This document shows, piece by piece, positions 17,958 to 32,507 of a stretch of DNA of 64,000 nt. How positions within the stretch are numbered: position 1 is the stretch's first letter; every line of letters begins with the position of its first letter. Where the stretch lies: the IMG/VR virus record IMGVR_UViG_3300005913_000002; one strand, 5' to 3'. Below the pieces are notes generated by a model that ran no database searches, was not told the DNA's origin, and saw nothing but the letters and a program-made list of their open reading frames with translations. The translations under genes and the position numbers were made by a program. This DNA is from a virus.

Positions 17958-20900
17958 TTATTGACCTATTAATGGATCTCCGGTTTCGCTGTCTAATGTA
18001 TCGCCGCCTTCTAGAACAATATACTGCTCAGTATCAGCGTTCTGACCATAGTAGTATTTATCTGGCACAAAAGATGGTCGAGATAACAAGAACTTAACTT
18101 GTTCAGTATCTCTAGTGTGTAATGCTACATAGCCAATGCCTACATCGTGTAGAGTATGACGAGATAATATTAATTCAGAATTTAATGTAGGATTAAATGC
18201 CAACGTAACAGAATTTGTCAATGTATTAATACTAAACTCAGGAATTAATGTTACATTTGACAAAGTTCCGTAACTGTTAATTTCATTAGAATCATATGCT
18301 ACAGAAGTATCTGTAACAGTGTATACTTGCCCCGGTTTTCTTAATTTACGTCCTTGATATGTAATATCAATATTGTTGTAATCTAAGTCTTGGTCAACAA
18401 TAATATTAGTCATTGTCCATATTGCCGTTGTAGTATTAACTGAGAACTTATCAGTTACATTGTATTCAGGCACATATATACTTTGTTTTAGACCTTGATC
18501 TATAACTAGACTACCTTCTTTATGTACTGCTTTAACTCCAGTTCCTAATGTACCTCTACGGATGGCATACAATTTGTTACCTTCAATTCTGTAAAACTCA
18601 ATGCGTTCACCATTAATTAAAATAATACCTGGTAAATTTTTTCCCGGGTTAGGAGGAGTTAATACGCTAGCATCTTCTACTGTTATTTCTGTATCAGTAG
18701 TAGAAAAATTAGCAGCAAGTTGAGTAGAATGTGCAGCACTTAATCTCTTGTAATGTGTTCTTCCTAAATTATCTTGGAAAATTCTATACCCAATTAACGT
18801 ATCTGATATCTGATCAGATACAGTAGTAATTACCACAACGTCAGTTTTAGTCAATGGATAGTTGTTAGAAAACTTAACAGTTTTCTTATCTTTTTCAACA
18901 TAAAAATCTACGCCTCTAGTAACAGGTTTACCGTTAACTTCGACCCAAACATAATTACTGTTTAAAACTTTTCTACTTAGATTAAATATTCCGCTTGCTG
19001 TTCCTGGGAATCGTTCTTTTCGGAATTGGCTACTGTCGTGGTTAGTAAAAGTAGTAACTTTAATAATGCTAGAATTACTTACATCAACTCTATTAGTTAA
19101 TTCAAGTTTTCCATTATAAACAGCATAGTCGTTATTACGAAGAATAGTAATAGCAATTACATCTCCGTCATTGATTGAAGTTTGACTAAATTGTACAACA
19201 TTTTGATTTTGAAGTAGTTTGATCGAACGACTAAATTTCTTTCTAACTCCGTTAACATATACTTCTACTGTTGCAGCATCTGGCAATCCTTGTGGATAAT
19301 TAGTATGCTGTTCTAAACTAAAAATTCGTTGTCCGGCAGCAGCAACATAATAAACTGTATCAGGAGGTGTTAAACGAACTCCGTCTTTTTCAACAATAAT
19401 TTGACTATGTGCTGGTTCTATGTTGCCAGGAGGATACAATAAAGTAAATGAGCGCTGACTTACGCTGGCATTGATTACCTGTTCTTGTACCTCGCTATAC
19501 GCTTTAGGATCAGCAGCAAACAACCAAACTTGTAATAAGTCGGCTGTGTTAAGATCAGTTGTAAATTTTAAAACTGCTCTTCCTGTAGTACCATTTGTCC
19601 CAAAGATAGTGTAATTTGTTTTCTTAATACCATTAACTGTTACATAACTGCTACGAACATCTGTTGCACTAGGTGCAAAAATAAAATTATTTTTTGCTGT
19701 TGCATTACTGATTCTTATTGAATCTTTCTGCAACATATTTTTGCCGCCGACATCAATAGTAGTAATAGAAAGTAATTGTGATTTAAATTCATCGATTGCA
19801 GGTTCTAATAGATCATTAACGTCCCACATGAGTGCCCAGTTTTCATTAGGCATTAATCTGTAGTCAACTATTAGTCCGGCTGCGTTAGCCTTTAATAAGA
19901 ACAAATCAATAGATGCTTGTACAGAGGCAGGCGACATACTGCCAGAATTGTCAATTGCAAGACCTACTACTGAACCAGGTCGTAATGCTTCAAGACTGCA
20001 TAATATAAACCAATCTGAAGCACGATCTACATCACCTCTATCACGGTTAACATCAATAGGACCTAACGCTCTAAAACTTCCAGTAAAATTTGGGGGGACT
20101 TTAATATCGTTACCGTTTAAATCTTCTTCAGGTCTTAACAAACAGAAGCGTCTATTAGGATAATGTGTTCTAAAGTTATTCCATTCAAGTTCAATTTCAG
20201 CAGCAGATATACTTGACTCGTCAATAACAGTAATAACTACTGCATTGTCTAACGAGATAACGCCCGGTTGTATTGCAGTAGGATCAGCAAAAGGATTAAA
20301 ACTACCTCGGCCTGCATATTGCCAGTTACCTCCATTAGCAGTACTGTAGTATACATGACTGCTATTACTCGGAATAAATTCATAATTAACTTCTACACCT
20401 TCGCCGAGAGTAGATCCAACTCGGCCTTGTGCAATACCTGCAACAAATGCCAAGTCATCGTTAACACTTAAACTTCTCCAAGTGTTTTCATAAATCATCT
20501 CAACATACTGATTTGCACCATCAGAGTATAATGTCACTTCATATTGGTAGGCAGGTACTGTTGCACCTGTTGCATTTCGGCGATCATAATGTGTTCCAGC
20601 AAAACGCATTTTCCAGTAATTAAAGTTTCCAACAGTACCAGTTGTTACATATATGCCCGGAATGGCACCGCTTGAAAGAGGAACATCTCTTGCACCAGTA
20701 GATGTATTAATACCGTAATCTTGCCACAGGTCACAATACTCAACATAGATAGCAGGATATATTAACTGACCTAATGCTAATGGAGAATATTGATTGTCGC
20801 CTCCGCCAAATGTTAAGTATCCGTTAGTTCCTATATGCACTTGACTGTAATTTGTTCCGAACATATTCCATTGGAATCCTAAACTATAAGGTCCTGTAGA

Positions 20901-23900
20901 AGTATCGTCGCCGGCTGGTCCAGAAACTAATTCGCCGCCGCCTGTTGGCAACACATCTTCTGTGCTGTAGAACGGGCCGCGAATTGCCAAATACGGATCA
21001 ACTTCTAATACAATTTCATTTGTTTTAAAATCAATTGTATATTCTACATTGTTTGTTAATTTTATATTGTCAAGTAAAACTTCAACAGATTCAGATGTTG
21101 GTGGTACGTGGCCAATGTCGTATCTTACAACATCAGTATCTCGAATATACTTTTTGTTAACTACTAACGCAGCGCCGGCGTTAGGATATGTGTAAACATT
21201 CATACCAAGTGTATCAGATACTCGACCTGGTAAATTTTCTTCAGGACCGTAACTATTAGTAGTAGATACAAACGCATCACCGTCTATATTGATATCTTCT
21301 AAATCATCAGAGCGACTTAATATTCCGTCAATAACACTGCCGCCAGATACATAAGTGTCTAAATCAAGGTCAATTACAAGACTAGATCCATCACTTGCTT
21401 CTAATCTAAATTCAATTATACCTGTAGAAGTTGTTGCAATATCAATTGAGTTAACATATCCGTCTCCTACAAAAGTTTCCATTGTAGATCCTGCAGGAGC
21501 AGTTTTTCTTCCATTAGGTTGAACAGTTACTCCGTTGTAATCGTTAAAATATGGATCATCAATTCTAATTGGTTTGTCGGCGCCAACATTGGTTAAGTAT
21601 GCATTAATACGCTCACCTAAAGAAGGTACATAAGGCAATGTAAAAGTAGATGTAGTACCAGTGCTAACTATTCTATAATAACCTTCTTCAGGTATGTAGT
21701 CATCCCAATTGCTGTCTCCAAATGGTGTGCTATCCCATCCTGCGCTTTCAGCAAATGGTAATGTGTCAACCGTTACACCAGGGTACTCTAACCCTAACAT
21801 TAACATAGTAGCAGTATTACCAGGCATACCGTCAGTTGGTGAATAAAAGTCTCTAATACGATCTACTGCATTGTACAAAGAACTATCTTTTTTGTAGGTA
21901 ATGCTAACTACGGATTTATTTCCCGGAAGATTAACCAATATAAGAGATCCAAATTTCTTACTGTATCCATTAAATTTTTCTGTATATAATTTAATAGAAT
22001 AATCGCCGGACAACACTCTAATTCCATTAACTTTAACAACAATAAAATTCTTATCAGGATTAGGAACCCATGTTAACGGAAATTCAGTTTGTTTAGTTGT
22101 AACAACATAGTTGTCAGTGGCAGACAATGTAGTTACTTCATTGTATCCTGCAACTCTATCAAACTTAATTGTAACTTTGTTAGATCGTACTTTATCGTTA
22201 ACTAGTCTACTACCTACTTTTGCAGTTGTTAATTGTGTAGAGCCGCCGCCTAATAAATTAATAATGGGTGTAGCAGTATACCCTGTTCCTGGATTAGTAA
22301 CAATAATTTTTGAGACTTTTCCTAGTGCAATATATGCTTCGGCTTTTGCACCCGAACCAGTATCTCCAGGTTGTGCAACAATCTCCACAATAGGAGGAAC
22401 ATCATATCCACCGCCGCCACTAAAGATTTCAATCTCACCTACAGAGTAAGTATAATTATTTGCCCAAGACTTCCAAGGGTATTGATTCAATTCAGTACTA
22501 CCAAAAGTAATTGGTCTAAATTGTTTCAATTCAATGTCATACACACTTGGTAAATCAAAGTCAGTTATAATAGCATTAGTAACGTCAGTTGCTGTATAGT
22601 TAACTGTAAAATTTCTAACCTGAGTATGGAACGGCTTGGCTTCCTCAATGTAAGAATTATAATAATTTTCGTTGTTTAGTTTGTACACAGGTCGTTGATC
22701 AAGTGCTCCCGCATAATTAACTACATTAATAAACGCAGTTTTGAATGCCCAATCAATAAATTTTTGTTCGCTAACAGCATACTTAACCATCTTAAAGAAA
22801 ATCAAGTTATAGTATACCTTTAGTTGATTAACAAATACATCATCTAAAATTCCACGAAGAATATTTTCAATTTCTACTGTAGGTTGTTGATCAAATAGTG
22901 TTAACGACCAACCTGCTTGCTGATCCCAGCCAAACACAGATTGACGAGTATTCCACAATACATCACTAATTTGAATAGTACCTTTTTCTTGATAAACTAA
23001 ATCGTAATCTAAGTTATAAGATCCTACGGCTTGATCTTCGGTTACTTTTCGTAAAATTAAATACCTACCGTCACCGGCGTTTCTAATTTTTACGTAATTT
23101 CCAGCCGGTATGTTTGTTAATACATTTAATTGATATGGTTCATCAATGGTTGCAATTATATCTTGAGAAGGATTGTATGTTTCCTCTGTCCAATCTACGT
23201 AATTCCAAAATTGTGGAGTATTATAATTTTGTGTATATTGTCTAATCCACTTTTTATTTGTATAATCCCAAATGTATTTGCTCCAACGATTATTAACTGT
23301 GTCATCTGCAGAAACAACAACTGTATAACGTCTCACAGTTAAAGAAGGAGCAGAAGTATATCCCATGCCTTGATTTATTATATTAACTTTAACTAGTTGG
23401 CCTGCCGCATTAATTTCAGTAGTTAATTCAGCACCGTAACCATTACCTTGAACTTTTACAGTAGGACCGATCCAGTTGTTAGATTCAACATTATAAACAT
23501 CTGCTACAGAGTTTAATTGTCCGTATCCAAAACCGGGATTAATAATCTGTACATTTACAATTCTACCGTTAACAACTGTGCATGCTAATTGCGCTTGTTG
23601 CAACTTTCTAGTTACGATTGTAAAATCTCTTTCAATTAAATCTTCTACCAATGCATCGTAATGACCGTATATAGAATTTGGAATTGTATCTGCACTATTA
23701 AATTTTTCTAAATTAACAACATCAACAATATTATTTTTTATCAAAACACTATTTGCATATTCAACAAATGATCTCAACGCATTAATCTTGTTAACAAACA
23801 TAGATTGTTGAGGACGGGTGCCGATACCGTAACGTATTCTGCTAGGTAAACTATCTGCTGGAACTAAGTTACTAGCAGAATCTTTTCCTATTAAACTTGT

Positions 23901-26900
23901 AATCATTTTTTCAACAAGAGATGCTACAGGTTTGTCTGTAGAATTACCTTCTTGCAATAACAACCATTCAGTATGTTTATTATTTTGATTATCAATCGTA
24001 TCAAAGTTAATAGATAAATTTATTTTGTTAGCAACTATTGTATCTTGCATGTTTGTCAACATGACTGCATCATTAGCAATAATACTGGCAAATTTTAAAC
24101 CTTGTTTTTTAGGGTCTGCAATCAATATAGCAGTTTCATATGCACTAATTCTTCTGTTAATCGATTCAGGAACTGTAACTTTATTCTTAACCCAGAAATA
24201 GTATACATTGCTAAACGAGTTAGAAACCGGATCCCATTTTTGTTTAACTGATACTACAGAGTTGTCAGAGTTTTTAGGCTGACCGCTGATGCCGGCAGCA
24301 AGTCCTTCATTTGTATCTGCAATTGCAGCCCACTGTGATGGAAGATACGGCGACTTTACCCATTCGTAAATATCAATTGTAGAACCAGGGAATAAGTTAT
24401 TCCAATTGTTGCGGCGGAATTCTAATTCTCCTTGTTCATATAACACGTATTTTACAACACTTAGGTCCCACCATAACTCACCAACGTGGTCATCTAACCA
24501 GTTGGCATTGTTGTCAGTTACAACTCCGTCAACACCTATAGAGTAAATTGCAGGATCAAATAAAGACTTAAATGTAAGTTCTTGATCTGCTGTTCCTGAT
24601 ATTTTACCTTTAATAGGGTCAATGATTTCTAAATAATCAACTACATTTTGTTCATGAGTGTCAATTGTTTTAACTGCACGTATTTTAGATAAGTCAACTA
24701 AATCTTCTTGCTCTCGAACAATTAACCAGTTGTTCAAACTAGAAGTTTTTGTATCGTAAAAATATGCGGCACAATTTTGAGAACTATCAAATTTTTGTCC
24801 AGGGGCGCCTATTGCAATTGTGCTGTTAGAAATATATAAACTATTTCCATATAATTGATCTGTCTGTACTGAATTATCAAACAGTTCTTGACCGTACACA
24901 AATTGATCAGTGCCTTTAACAAAAGTATAAACTGCTCCAGAATTTTTTAATGTAGAGTAAAACTGTACTGTTCCGGAATCAAAAGTAGTAGAAGACGGTC
25001 TTTCTTCACTTGTTTCGTCTAGTAAGTAATCAACTCCGTCAACAGTATCTACGTGTACATCAAATGTAACATACGGTCTGTGACTGGCCCCTAGACTAGA
25101 AACAACTAAAGTATTTCCGTCAGGGCTGATTTCTAAGTCAGTTCCAAAATCATACCCATTAGATGTATAAGGATTAACAATGACTTGAGAAAGTTCGTAA
25201 GTTCCTGTTAAAACAGATTTAAAGACTAGTACTTTACCAATTTTTAAATTGTCTTGAGCCTTAGGTGCTGTTACAAATAAAGTGCTGCCTGCTTTATCCA
25301 TTACTATTTTAGAAGCAAACAAATCACCTTCTTGAACAACATTAGAAACAAATAAATCATCTACAGTAATAGTTTGAGTTCTTGTATATTCATCAAAATC
25401 TGTAGTGGAATAAATGTGTACTGCACCGCTATTAGGAGTGCCGGCAGCAGAAACATCACCAGCAGAAACATCACCGGGGGCTGCTACTGCAATAATTCTG
25501 CCATCTACACTACCTGCAATACTGGTTCCAAATTTTGCACCAGCAATAACATCTGTTGTATCTAATTCAACATTTGTGCTAGTAGCAATTTCTATTGTTG
25601 CAGTAGATATAATATCTAATCTAGAATAGTGTACTGCACCTTTTGAACTGTCTTGTCCGGGACTAGATACAAACACAATTTTAGATGTTGCAGAAGTAGA
25701 TGCTACAAAAATGTCGGTCCCAAATTTAGCGTTTGCTTGTCTCGAAGGACTTGCAAATACCCATTCTTTAACATTTGCAGAAATATCAAAATTGTATTTT
25801 ATTATCTTAATAACACCTTGATCTGCATTAGTATTGGGAGTTTCACTAATGTTTACTTCGGAAAGTCTATTGGTTTCATTAGTGTCTTTAACATATGATG
25901 CTAATGGCAGACCTGCAAAGATTAAATCAGAATCTGAATCAATTTTAAGACTAGAGCCAAACATTACAACATTTGTTCCAGTATAGTAAACGTCAGTTTT
26001 AGATATTTGGGGGCCGATGCCGCCAGTATATAACAACTTGCTAGGTTCTGTCCCTACTCTGTTGTAAGTATATATTTTGCCATATGTGTCAGTAATATTA
26101 GAATAGAAATCAGGTGACGCAACAACAATGTGGTTTCCTATTTCGTTACCCGTAATATTGTAACCATATCGTTGATTGCTAGTTAATTGGAAATCAGTGG
26201 TCGGAGGGATTCTACTAGAAGCATAAAAATTATCTGTTTTTTCATACACACCCCATTTAGTTACGTCATTTGCGGAATTAATATTGTCGACCCAGACTTT
26301 TTCACCTGGTCTAATATTTCCAAGTGTATCTAAATAAGATAAAGAATCAAAACTATCAAATCGTGAACTTACAAATTTAAACAACATTCCTATACCAGGA
26401 TAAAATGTATCGAACAATTCAGTGTTAGTTGAGTAAATTATAAATTGGTTAAGTTCCGGAGTGGAATCAACTGTGTATATTCCGTCAACTAATCCGTCAA
26501 ATTGAGTAATACTTATACTATCACCGGGATTGATATTATGGTGTAAATCAGTTGTAACCAACATAGTAACACCTGGCACTAGAATAGAAACATCAGTTAT
26601 TTTTGCATTTAATCTAGTATATCGTAAAACATCCCAATCGCCGTTTTCTTTAAATCCTAACCAAACAGTATTTCCCTCGTTTATACCTCGATTGTTGGCA
26701 ATGTCTAAAAGACTATTATTGTTATATGCAGTTGCAGTAATATCATCAATTCTTACATAACCTGCATGAGGCAACATTGAGATGCTGTCAGAGTTATATG
26801 TGTTTGTTGTAGCAAACGGCATATGGTTATAATCTACAGGTTTAATTACAACATCTTTAGAAGTTTTGTAAGATATAAATTTATTTTTAACAACAGGAAC

Positions 26901-29900
26901 ATTTTCTACTGTTTGCAAAATTTGAGGATTTTCTAAAAATTGTTCTTCAGATAGATTAATTTCTACAGTCTGATCAGTTGTAAAAGATCCGTAATCACCA
27001 ATTCTAACAGCCCAATTTTCATAGTAATCTATTTTGCTGTTCTGGGAAGTTGCACTGGCTTTTGCTAATTTGTCAATAGCATTTTTTGTTCCTTTTTCTT
27101 TGATGAACCCTTGGTAAAATTTATATTGACTAATAGCATTAGGAATTAAGTTATCTAAGTAAATCCTAGGACTATAGCCAGTTAAATGCTGTGCGGCTAA
27201 TTGTTGTGCATTGTCAAAGTTATCAATGTCGAGACTATAAAAATCTTCAAACTGACTAATTTTATAATCGAAGTTAGGAATTAATTCTGCAACAGGTTTA
27301 CTGCCCAATACTCTCCATTGGTTAAAATCAAATGATTCTGTACCGTTTACTTTATTGACAGCAGCATAATAATTTCCATTAAAAGATACTACATCGCCTG
27401 CACTATAATCAACATATTGATTCCAGGTTGTAATATTTGCTTCGTCGTATACAAAACCGGGACTGAATACATCTCCGTTCCAATTGTCAGTTATAAATCC
27501 AGTTAGTTTAACTCTACGCTGTCTATATCCGGTTTCATGGTCATATATTACATCATTGAATAAAGTATTATTTTCAAATATTAGTGTATGTTCTCTTTGA
27601 ATTAGATTTAATCTAGTAAAATAAATTCCTTCGCGAGTATTTGAAGTTGTTAAAATAAAATCATCTTCTTCTCTGAATACAGATACGTTGCCTCTAGGCA
27701 ATAAATTTCCGCTAGCATTTAATATGCTGTATTCGTAGAACGGATTAAAAAGATTATCAACAACTGCATAATCATTTACAAACTTTAATTTTTGAGCAAA
27801 CGGACTTAATGTAATAACACTTCCAGGTGCCCATTTTTGACTTGCCCAGAACATTAATTCTTTAGCAGTGTAATTCCAATTTAGTATTTCTTGTAGTTCT
27901 TGATTGTATTCATCAAACACTACTCCTTGGGACTCTAACCATTTTCCGTAACCTAACAATACGTTATATACTTCTGAAATTGTAGAATATTCAATACCGT
28001 ACGGAACCTTAGTTACAACTTTCTCATATTTAGAAGGAAGTTGTACTGTAATACCGCCTGTAACAGGAAGTTTAGGCAACTGTTGGAAATTAGCAGTTTC
28101 AAATGCAGTTCCGGAATTGTGAGATACTTTTACTCTATAAAATACGCTGTTGTTTCTTACTAGTTGACCCTTTTTATAAAATCTATATCCGGAATTAGTA
28201 CTTACAGAAGTTGTATCAAAACCTCCCATTGGATTAGATGCCGATGCACTCCATTCAACAAAAGATTCAGATTTTCCGCCAATTGTTATTGCAGGATCTT
28301 TTGATGAAAAAATTGGCATTAAACAATAGAAAGACGGAATCTTATTGTCATATCCTTTAATAGAATATCCTCTGTTTGTTTTTTCAACAATGACTCCACT
28401 AATGCCTAACGATTTAACTGGACTACTCTTATCTAAAAATATTTCGTAATCTTCGTTAGTAATAGCAACTCCGGGGTTAGAGTTAGAAGGATTTACAGAA
28501 TCGATAGTAATTTTTAATTTGTCTTTGTTTACAAATCCGCCAAGTTTATGAGACAATTTAAAAGTTATGTGACTCAACTCACTTTTTAAATTAGCAATAT
28601 AATTTCTATTTTTTTGTTTGCCTGCTTCTATTAAGAATACACTGTAACCAGCAGCAAGTGTAGTAGGTGTTTCTTGAAATAATACCAAATTAGACAAGTT
28701 TAAAAATTTGCCTGTTGCAGAATATATGTATTGATCAGCAATATTTTTTTCTATTCTACTAGTATCAAACATTAAAGAACTGTATTTTGCAGGCTGAGTT
28801 AATGCTGCTAAAATTTGTAAAGCATATGGCCATAGACTGCTTTTTCTCCAAGCAGATTCAACCGGACCGTGATCGCCAAATTCCCATCTGTTAGACGTTT
28901 TTAAATAATCAACATTTGTTGCAATGTTTGCCTGAGCAGGCATTAATAATTCACCAGACTCATTTACAGGAATTATGTTTGACAATCCGGGTCTTGCATA
29001 TAAAGAATTAATTATAATTCCAGAAGGATCTTTGATAGAACCAGTTTCTAAATCATTCCATAAACGTTTGTTACCTTTAGTGTAAGGTGCTTGACCGTAC
29101 TCATTGTCCCACCAACTAGGCTTGATAGAAAACCCTAGCATTTCCCAAGGATGACTATGAGGCCGATCAGTATCAAAGAAAAACTTATAAATTGCTCTCC
29201 AGTTGCCTGGTAAATTTCTTCCTGTTATGCTACTAACACTTGAACTGTAACTCCATGTTTTTGGATCCTCAGTTGCAGTATTATTTTCGGTAAAATTTAA
29301 TCCGTAAAAATTGTCCCATTTTGAAAATTCTTTTAACAATACTTCGTTTATTTCTTTTCTTGTATAAGGATTATTTCTAAACGCTCCGGGAGTAAATGAT
29401 ATAATATCAAACAATTCAGGACGATAATTTGTTTTAATATTATTAAAAACTCGTTTTTCAAATTCTAAAATAATAACATCTCTATAATCATTAAATGCAA
29501 CTGTTATACTTCCATCGTGACCTTGTATTACATTAACTGGAGTAGTGTATCTAGTGTCTAGATATATAGAAGGTTCAAATTTAGGATACAATCCCAACTT
29601 AGTAGGCGTGGGCGGTACATAGCATCCTTCAGTAGAAGGATAATCATCAACTGTAATAATATCGCCTTTAACTAGTTCTATGTTAACAGTAAATGAATTG
29701 TTATATAAATCAAATTCGTAGTCCCTACCGTGTAATAATTGTGTTGTTACTCCGGCATTATCAGTATGGTATACAATTACTGATCTCAAAGATAGTTCTG
29801 TTAAATTAAAAACATTAACTAGAGAATATACTTTATTTCTTTTATCAGTGACTGGAAATGTTCTAGTAACTGCATCTGTTCCGTATGCAACCATATCACT

Positions 29901-32507
29901 AATTGCATAAGGAAAACTGTTATCTTTATTAGCATTTATATTGTGCAACACAATATCTAATGCTTGAGCAGGAGAGTATGTTCCCTGCAATTTGTTAATC
30001 TGATCAATTAATGCTAATTTAAATTGTGAATAATGTTGCGCAATTGTTTTAGTAGCATTAATTAAACTAAATTCGTCATTTGCAATAAAATATGTTGCAA
30101 ATGCTGCCGGAGTTTTATTAGAAATTAATCTAGTACCGTAAGATGTTAAATTAGCAATGTCTCTAATATTTCCATTACCCGGAAATACACCAGTAAAGTC
30201 CGGGTGCCTATCAATCATAGTTTTTACATGATCTGACAATTCAGTTAGTGTAAATCCATTGATATTAAAGTTTAAAGGATTGTTTGAGTATCCAATAGAT
30301 GTTTCGTAAAATCCTGTAGCACTTATTTCTGCAGATGTAATTATTTTTAAATACAATCTATCTTTAGGTTGCAATGGTGAATTAAAAGCAACAAAATATT
30401 GTCTACCAGATGCATATAAAGAATAATCAACATCAATAGTTTGCTTTACATTGTTAACAAATACATCTATTACCATATCTTGATAACCAGGATTTTTAAT
30501 AGATGTAATTTCAATTTCAGTAATTTCTTCTTCAATTACATTATATTGAATTACAGGAATATTATAAGATACTGAATCTGTCCATACGGTTTTGTAAACA
30601 GGAGAATTTCTATTTGTGTTATCTTTAATAAACCCAACTGAAGTTTCTATAGTTGAACTAACGGAACCGTTAATCACTAACAACTCATCTTTCATGAAAT
30701 AGTTTTCAAACAAATAATATGCCTGATTAGAAACGTCTTTATATTTTAATGCAAAACCTAGTACTGTATCAACTGCACCGTTACCTACACTATATCCAAA
30801 TATTTTTGTTCCTGAAAATTTACCTTTGTAAATTGTTTCATCAGAGTACGAATTTCTGTTGCTATCAAATATATCAAACAACGGAGGTTGATTTAACACA
30901 GTCTTTTGTTGTCCTAAAACCCAAGTAGTTCCATTATACCACCAATTAGTTCCTTTTAAATTAGTGCCTTTTGTTACTACAACACAATCGTCAATGGCAG
31001 GGACAGAGTCAGCAATTTCTTCTAAACTAATTCTAAGTTTACCTGCAATAGGAACAAAATTAACTTCGTACACTTTTCCGTTAACAAAGTCGTCAGTGTC
31101 TGCTAAAAAGATTACTCTATCACCCTGCCCTAGTTCTTCACCATTGACATAATAGCCTAATGCGCCTTCGGCGGTTGAAAACACATCAGTAGTCGTAGTA
31201 TCTATAAACTGCACATTCTTTTTAGCCCAGCCGCCAAAATTGTAAAGTTTTAAATCAGCATTAAATTCAATAATAGGACGCTTGGCTTTTTGTTCAGACG
31301 GCAGTAATACTGGCACACCGTTTGCTTCGCAAGAAGTTTTGATAACATCTTCATGAAACCAACGATTGTAACGAGTCCAAGGGTTTAAATCCTGACTGCT
31401 TCTATTGATTGTAATATATTCCGGTGTAACTGCAATGTTGTTAGATTGATCAAAAGCATATGAATCGAAGAAAGTATTATCAAACTTTTCGTCGTACACT
31501 TCTGCAAACTGCTCGGGAGTTTCGAGAGTTGCAACATCAACTAGTTTAATACTATTACCAACACCCTCAACTATGAAAGTTTTTTGTCTATAAAATTCAG
31601 GGTATACATTTCCTGCAAAATTTATAACTAACCCGTTAGTAAAATCAACACCAGAATAAGAAGTGTATGTTTTCTTTCCTAAAATTTCTTTGTCTATTTC
31701 AATTACAGAATTTTCATCTAATGTCTTAATAACAAATTCGCCGCCATTTAACACATTATCTTTAGAAACAAAGTAAAGAGTCTTAGGTGTTCTTTCATCT
31801 ACAGTAATAGTAACAGTACCTTCTGTAATTCCGTTATTCTGAGCGCCTCTAAATGCTCCTTCAGTTCCTGCTATTCTAGCAGACTTGACCCAAAACATAT
31901 GCGCTGATTTAATATTAAATTTGTATGTGACGCCTCGATATAATGTAATTTGAGGTAATGGAGTTAAGCCGTCTGGATTAAACACATAGAACATGCCGTC
32001 GTCAGAATCATAAACATTATAAGTGCTTACAATTTCTTTAGTTTCGCCAGAGATACTTACAGTTGTAGGGCCCGTCGGTAACCAATAGTATTTTTCAAAA
32101 TTAACAAACTTATCCCAATTAATGTGCGGGTCGTAAGAGTATGTCTCAGGTGTTAATAATCTATTGTGGTTAGAAACATTGGCTCCTTCAAACTCTAATT
32201 GATTCAACAAATCATCGTATGAAGTTGCTTTTTTAATTTTAAAAACATCATTAGTAACAACTAACGCAGGTTCTAATTGGTAATCTTGTTTTGATTTTAA
32301 ATTAGAAGATATATAAAGATCTGCTAACGGATTATAAGTAGGAGTTATTTTACTACCTACCCAACCGTCAATGCGTTTAAGTGCTGGAGTTTGTATTAGT
32401 TGATCAATAGTTCCAGATAAAAACTTATTGTTTTTTTCAGTTCTAAAAAGAACAGGCAACAAATTTATAGATTTTTTCAAACCTTTTTTGTTATTATTTT
32501 GTGCCAT
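17958..32507 (-). CDS. giant (4849 aa) baseplate wedge / virion structural protein (positionally gp7-like)
   Basis: Uninterrupted 14.5-kb ORF coupled to gp6; '[12 protein letters not shown]' and '[10 protein letters not shown]' wedge motifs, FG-GAP-like repeats, 'NPGxGYT..P' repeats, repeated 'VxVNG' beta modules. Confidence 0.75.
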   Translation of the reverse strand: MAQNNNKKGLKKSINLLPVLFRTEKNNKFLSGTIDQLIQTPALKRIDGWVGSKITPTYNPLADLYISSNLKSKQDYQLEPALVVTNDVFKIKKATSYDDLLNQLEFEGANVSNHNRLLTPETYSYDPHINWDKFVNFEKYYWLPTGPTTVSISGETKEIVSTYNVYDSDDGMFYVFNPDGLTPLPQITLYRGVTYKFNIKSAHMFWVKSARIAGTEGAFRGAQNNGITEGTVTITVDERTPKTLYFVSKDNVLNGGEFVIKTLDENSVIEIDKEILGKKTYTSYSGVDFTNGLVINFAGNVYPEFYRQKTFIVEGVGNSIKLVDVATLETPEQFAEVYDEKFDNTFFDSYAFDQSNNIAVTPEYITINRSSQDLNPWTRYNRWFHEDVIKTSCEANGVPVLLPSEQKAKRPIIEFNADLKLYNFGGWAKKNVQFIDTTTTDVFSTAEGALGYYVNGEELGQGDRVIFLADTDDFVNGKVYEVNFVPIAGKLRISLEEIADSVPAIDDCVVVTKGTNLKGTNWWYNGTTWVLGQQKTVLNQPPLFDIFDSNRNSYSDETIYKGKFSGTKIFGYSVGNGAVDTVLGFALKYKDVSNQAYYLFENYFMKDELLVINGSVSSTIETSVGFIKDNTNRNSPVYKTVWTDSVSYNIPVIQYNVIEEEITEIEITSIKNPGYQDMVIDVFVNNVKQTIDVDYSLYASGRQYFVAFNSPLQPKDRLYLKIITSAEISATGFYETSIGYSNNPLNFNINGFTLTELSDHVKTMIDRHPDFTGVFPGNGNIRDIANLTSYGTRLISNKTPAAFATYFIANDEFSLINATKTIAQHYSQFKLALIDQINKLQGTYSPAQALDIVLHNINANKDNSFPYAISDMVAYGTDAVTRTFPVTDKRNKVYSLVNVFNLTELSLRSVIVYHTDNAGVTTQLLHGRDYEFDLYNNSFTVNIELVKGDIITVDDYPSTEGCYVPPTPTKLGLYPKFEPSIYLDTRYTTPVNVIQGHDGSITVAFNDYRDVIILEFEKRVFNNIKTNYRPELFDIISFTPGAFRNNPYTRKEINEVLLKEFSKWDNFYGLNFTENNTATEDPKTWSYSSSVSSITGRNLPGNWRAIYKFFFDTDRPHSHPWEMLGFSIKPSWWDNEYGQAPYTKGNKRLWNDLETGSIKDPSGIIINSLYARPGLSNIIPVNESGELLMPAQANIATNVDYLKTSNRWEFGDHGPVESAWRKSSLWPYALQILAALTQPAKYSSLMFDTSRIEKNIADQYIYSATGKFLNLSNLVLFQETPTTLAAGYSVFLIEAGKQKNRNYIANLKSELSHITFKLSHKLGGFVNKDKLKITIDSVNPSNSNPGVAITNEDYEIFLDKSSPVKSLGISGVIVEKTNRGYSIKGYDNKIPSFYCLMPIFSSKDPAITIGGKSESFVEWSASASNPMGGFDTTSVSTNSGYRFYKKGQLVRNNSVFYRVKVSHNSGTAFETANFQQLPKLPVTGGITVQLPSKYEKVVTKVPYGIEYSTISEVYNVLLGYGKWLESQGVVFDEYNQELQEILNWNYTAKELMFWASQKWAPGSVITLSPFAQKLKFVNDYAVVDNLFNPFYEYSILNASGNLLPRGNVSVFREEDDFILTTSNTREGIYFTRLNLIQREHTLIFENNTLFNDVIYDHETGYRQRRVKLTGFITDNWNGDVFSPGFVYDEANITTWNQYVDYSAGDVVSFNGNYYAAVNKVNGTESFDFNQWRVLGSKPVAELIPNFDYKISQFEDFYSLDIDNFDNAQQLAAQHLTGYSPRIYLDNLIPNAISQYKFYQGFIKEKGTKNAIDKLAKASATSQNSKIDYYENWAVRIGDYGSFTTDQTVEINLSEEQFLENPQILQTVENVPVVKNKFISYKTSKDVVIKPVDYNHMPFATTNTYNSDSISMLPHAGYVRIDDITATAYNNNSLLDIANNRGINEGNTVWLGFKENGDWDVLRYTRLNAKITDVSILVPGVTMLVTTDLHHNINPGDSISITQFDGLVDGIYTVDSTPELNQFIIYSTNTELFDTFYPGIGMLFKFVSSRFDSFDSLSYLDTLGNIRPGEKVWVDNINSANDVTKWGVYEKTDNFYASSRIPPTTDFQLTSNQRYGYNITGNEIGNHIVVASPDFYSNITDTYGKIYTYNRVGTEPSKLLYTGGIGPQISKTDVYYTGTNVVMFGSSLKIDSDSDLIFAGLPLASYVKDTNETNRLSEVNISETPNTNADQGVIKIIKYNFDISANVKEWVFASPSRQANAKFGTDIFVASTSATSKIVFVSSPGQDSSKGAVHYSRLDIISTATIEIATSTNVELDTTDVIAGAKFGTSIAGSVDGRIIAVAAPGDVSAGDVSAAGTPNSGAVHIYSTTDFDEYTRTQTITVDDLFVSNVVQEGDLFASKIVMDKAGSTLFVTAPKAQDNLKIGKVLVFKSVLTGTYELSQVIVNPYTSNGYDFGTDLEISPDGNTLVVSSLGASHRPYVTFDVHVDTVDGVDYLLDETSEERPSSTTFDSGTVQFYSTLKNSGAVYTFVKGTDQFVYGQELFDNSVQTDQLYGNSLYISNSTIAIGAPGQKFDSSQNCAAYFYDTKTSSLNNWLIVREQEDLVDLSKIRAVKTIDTHEQNVVDYLEIIDPIKGKISGTADQELTFKSLFDPAIYSIGVDGVVTDNNANWLDDHVGELWWDLSVVKYVLYEQGELEFRRNNWNNLFPGSTIDIYEWVKSPYLPSQWAAIADTNEGLAAGISGQPKNSDNSVVSVKQKWDPVSNSFSNVYYFWVKNKVTVPESINRRISAYETAILIADPKKQGLKFASIIANDAVMLTNMQDTIVANKINLSINFDTIDNQNNKHTEWLLLQEGNSTDKPVASLVEKMITSLIGKDSASNLVPADSLPSRIRYGIGTRPQQSMFVNKINALRSFVEYANSVLIKNNIVDVVNLEKFNSADTIPNSIYGHYDALVEDLIERDFTIVTRKLQQAQLACTVVNGRIVNVQIINPGFGYGQLNSVADVYNVESNNWIGPTVKVQGNGYGAELTTEINAAGQLVKVNIINQGMGYTSAPSLTVRRYTVVVSADDTVNNRWSKYIWDYTNKKWIRQYTQNYNTPQFWNYVDWTEETYNPSQDIIATIDEPYQLNVLTNIPAGNYVKIRNAGDGRYLILRKVTEDQAVGSYNLDYDLVYQEKGTIQISDVLWNTRQSVFGWDQQAGWSLTLFDQQPTVEIENILRGILDDVFVNQLKVYYNLIFFKMVKYAVSEQKFIDWAFKTAFINVVNYAGALDQRPVYKLNNENYYNSYIEEAKPFHTQVRNFTVNYTATDVTNAIITDFDLPSVYDIELKQFRPITFGSTELNQYPWKSWANNYTYSVGEIEIFSGGGGYDVPPIVEIVAQPGDTGSGAKAEAYIALGKVSKIIVTNPGTGYTATPIINLLGGGSTQLTTAKVGSRLVNDKVRSNKVTIKFDRVAGYNEVTTLSATDNYVVTTKQTEFPLTWVPNPDKNFIVVKVNGIRVLSGDYSIKLYTEKFNGYSKKFGSLILVNLPGNKSVVSITYKKDSSLYNAVDRIRDFYSPTDGMPGNTATMLMLGLEYPGVTVDTLPFAESAGWDSTPFGDSNWDDYIPEEGYYRIVSTGTTSTFTLPYVPSLGERINAYLTNVGADKPIRIDDPYFNDYNGVTVQPNGRKTAPAGSTMETFVGDGYVNSIDIATTSTGIIEFRLEASDGSSLVIDLDLDTYVSGGSVIDGILSRSDDLEDINIDGDAFVSTTNSYGPEENLPGRVSDTLGMNVYTYPNAGAALVVNKKYIRDTDVVRYDIGHVPPTSESVEVLLDNIKLTNNVEYTIDFKTNEIVLEVDPYLAIRGPFYSTEDVLPTGGGELVSGPAGDDTSTGPYSLGFQWNMFGTNYSQVHIGTNGYLTFGGGDNQYSPLALGQLIYPAIYVEYCDLWQDYGINTSTGARDVPLSSGAIPGIYVTTGTVGNFNYWKMRFAGTHYDRRNATGATVPAYQYEVTLYSDGANQYVEMIYENTWRSLSVNDDLAFVAGIAQGRVGSTLGEGVEVNYEFIPSNSSHVYYSTANGGNWQYAGRGSFNPFADPTAIQPGVISLDNAVVITVIDESSISAAEIELEWNNFRTHYPNRRFCLLRPEEDLNGNDIKVPPNFTGSFRALGPIDVNRDRGDVDRASDWFILCSLEALRPGSVVGLAIDNSGSMSPASVQASIDLFLLKANAAGLIVDYRLMPNENWALMWDVNDLLEPAIDEFKSQLLSITTIDVGGKNMLQKDSIRISNATAKNNFIFAPSATDVRSSYVTVNGIKKTNYTIFGTNGTTGRAVLKFTTDLNTADLLQVWLFAADPKAYSEVQEQVINASVSQRSFTLLYPPGNIEPAHSQIIVEKDGVRLTPPDTVYYVAAAGQRIFSLEQHTNYPQGLPDAATVEVYVNGVRKKFSRSIKLLQNQNVVQFSQTSINDGDVIAITILRNNDYAVYNGKLELTNRVDVSNSSIIKVTTFTNHDSSQFRKERFPGTASGIFNLSRKVLNSNYVWVEVNGKPVTRGVDFYVEKDKKTVKFSNNYPLTKTDVVVITTVSDQISDTLIGYRIFQDNLGRTHYKRLSAAHSTQLAANFSTTDTEITVEDASVLTPPNPGKNLPGIILINGERIEFYRIEGNKLYAIRRGTLGTGVKAVHKEGSLVIDQGLKQSIYVPEYNVTDKFSVNTTTAIWTMTNIIVDQDLDYNNIDITYQGRKLRKPGQVYTVTDTSVAYDSNEINSYGTLSNVTLIPEFSINTLTNSVTLAFNPTLNSELILSRHTLHDVGIGYVALHTRDTEQVKFLLSRPSFVPDKYYYGQNADTEQYIVLEGGDTLDSETGDPLIGQ
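25445..25474 (-). repeat. perfect 15-bp tandem duplication (GDVSA x2)
   Basis: cagcagaaacatcac twice. Confidence 0.85.
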
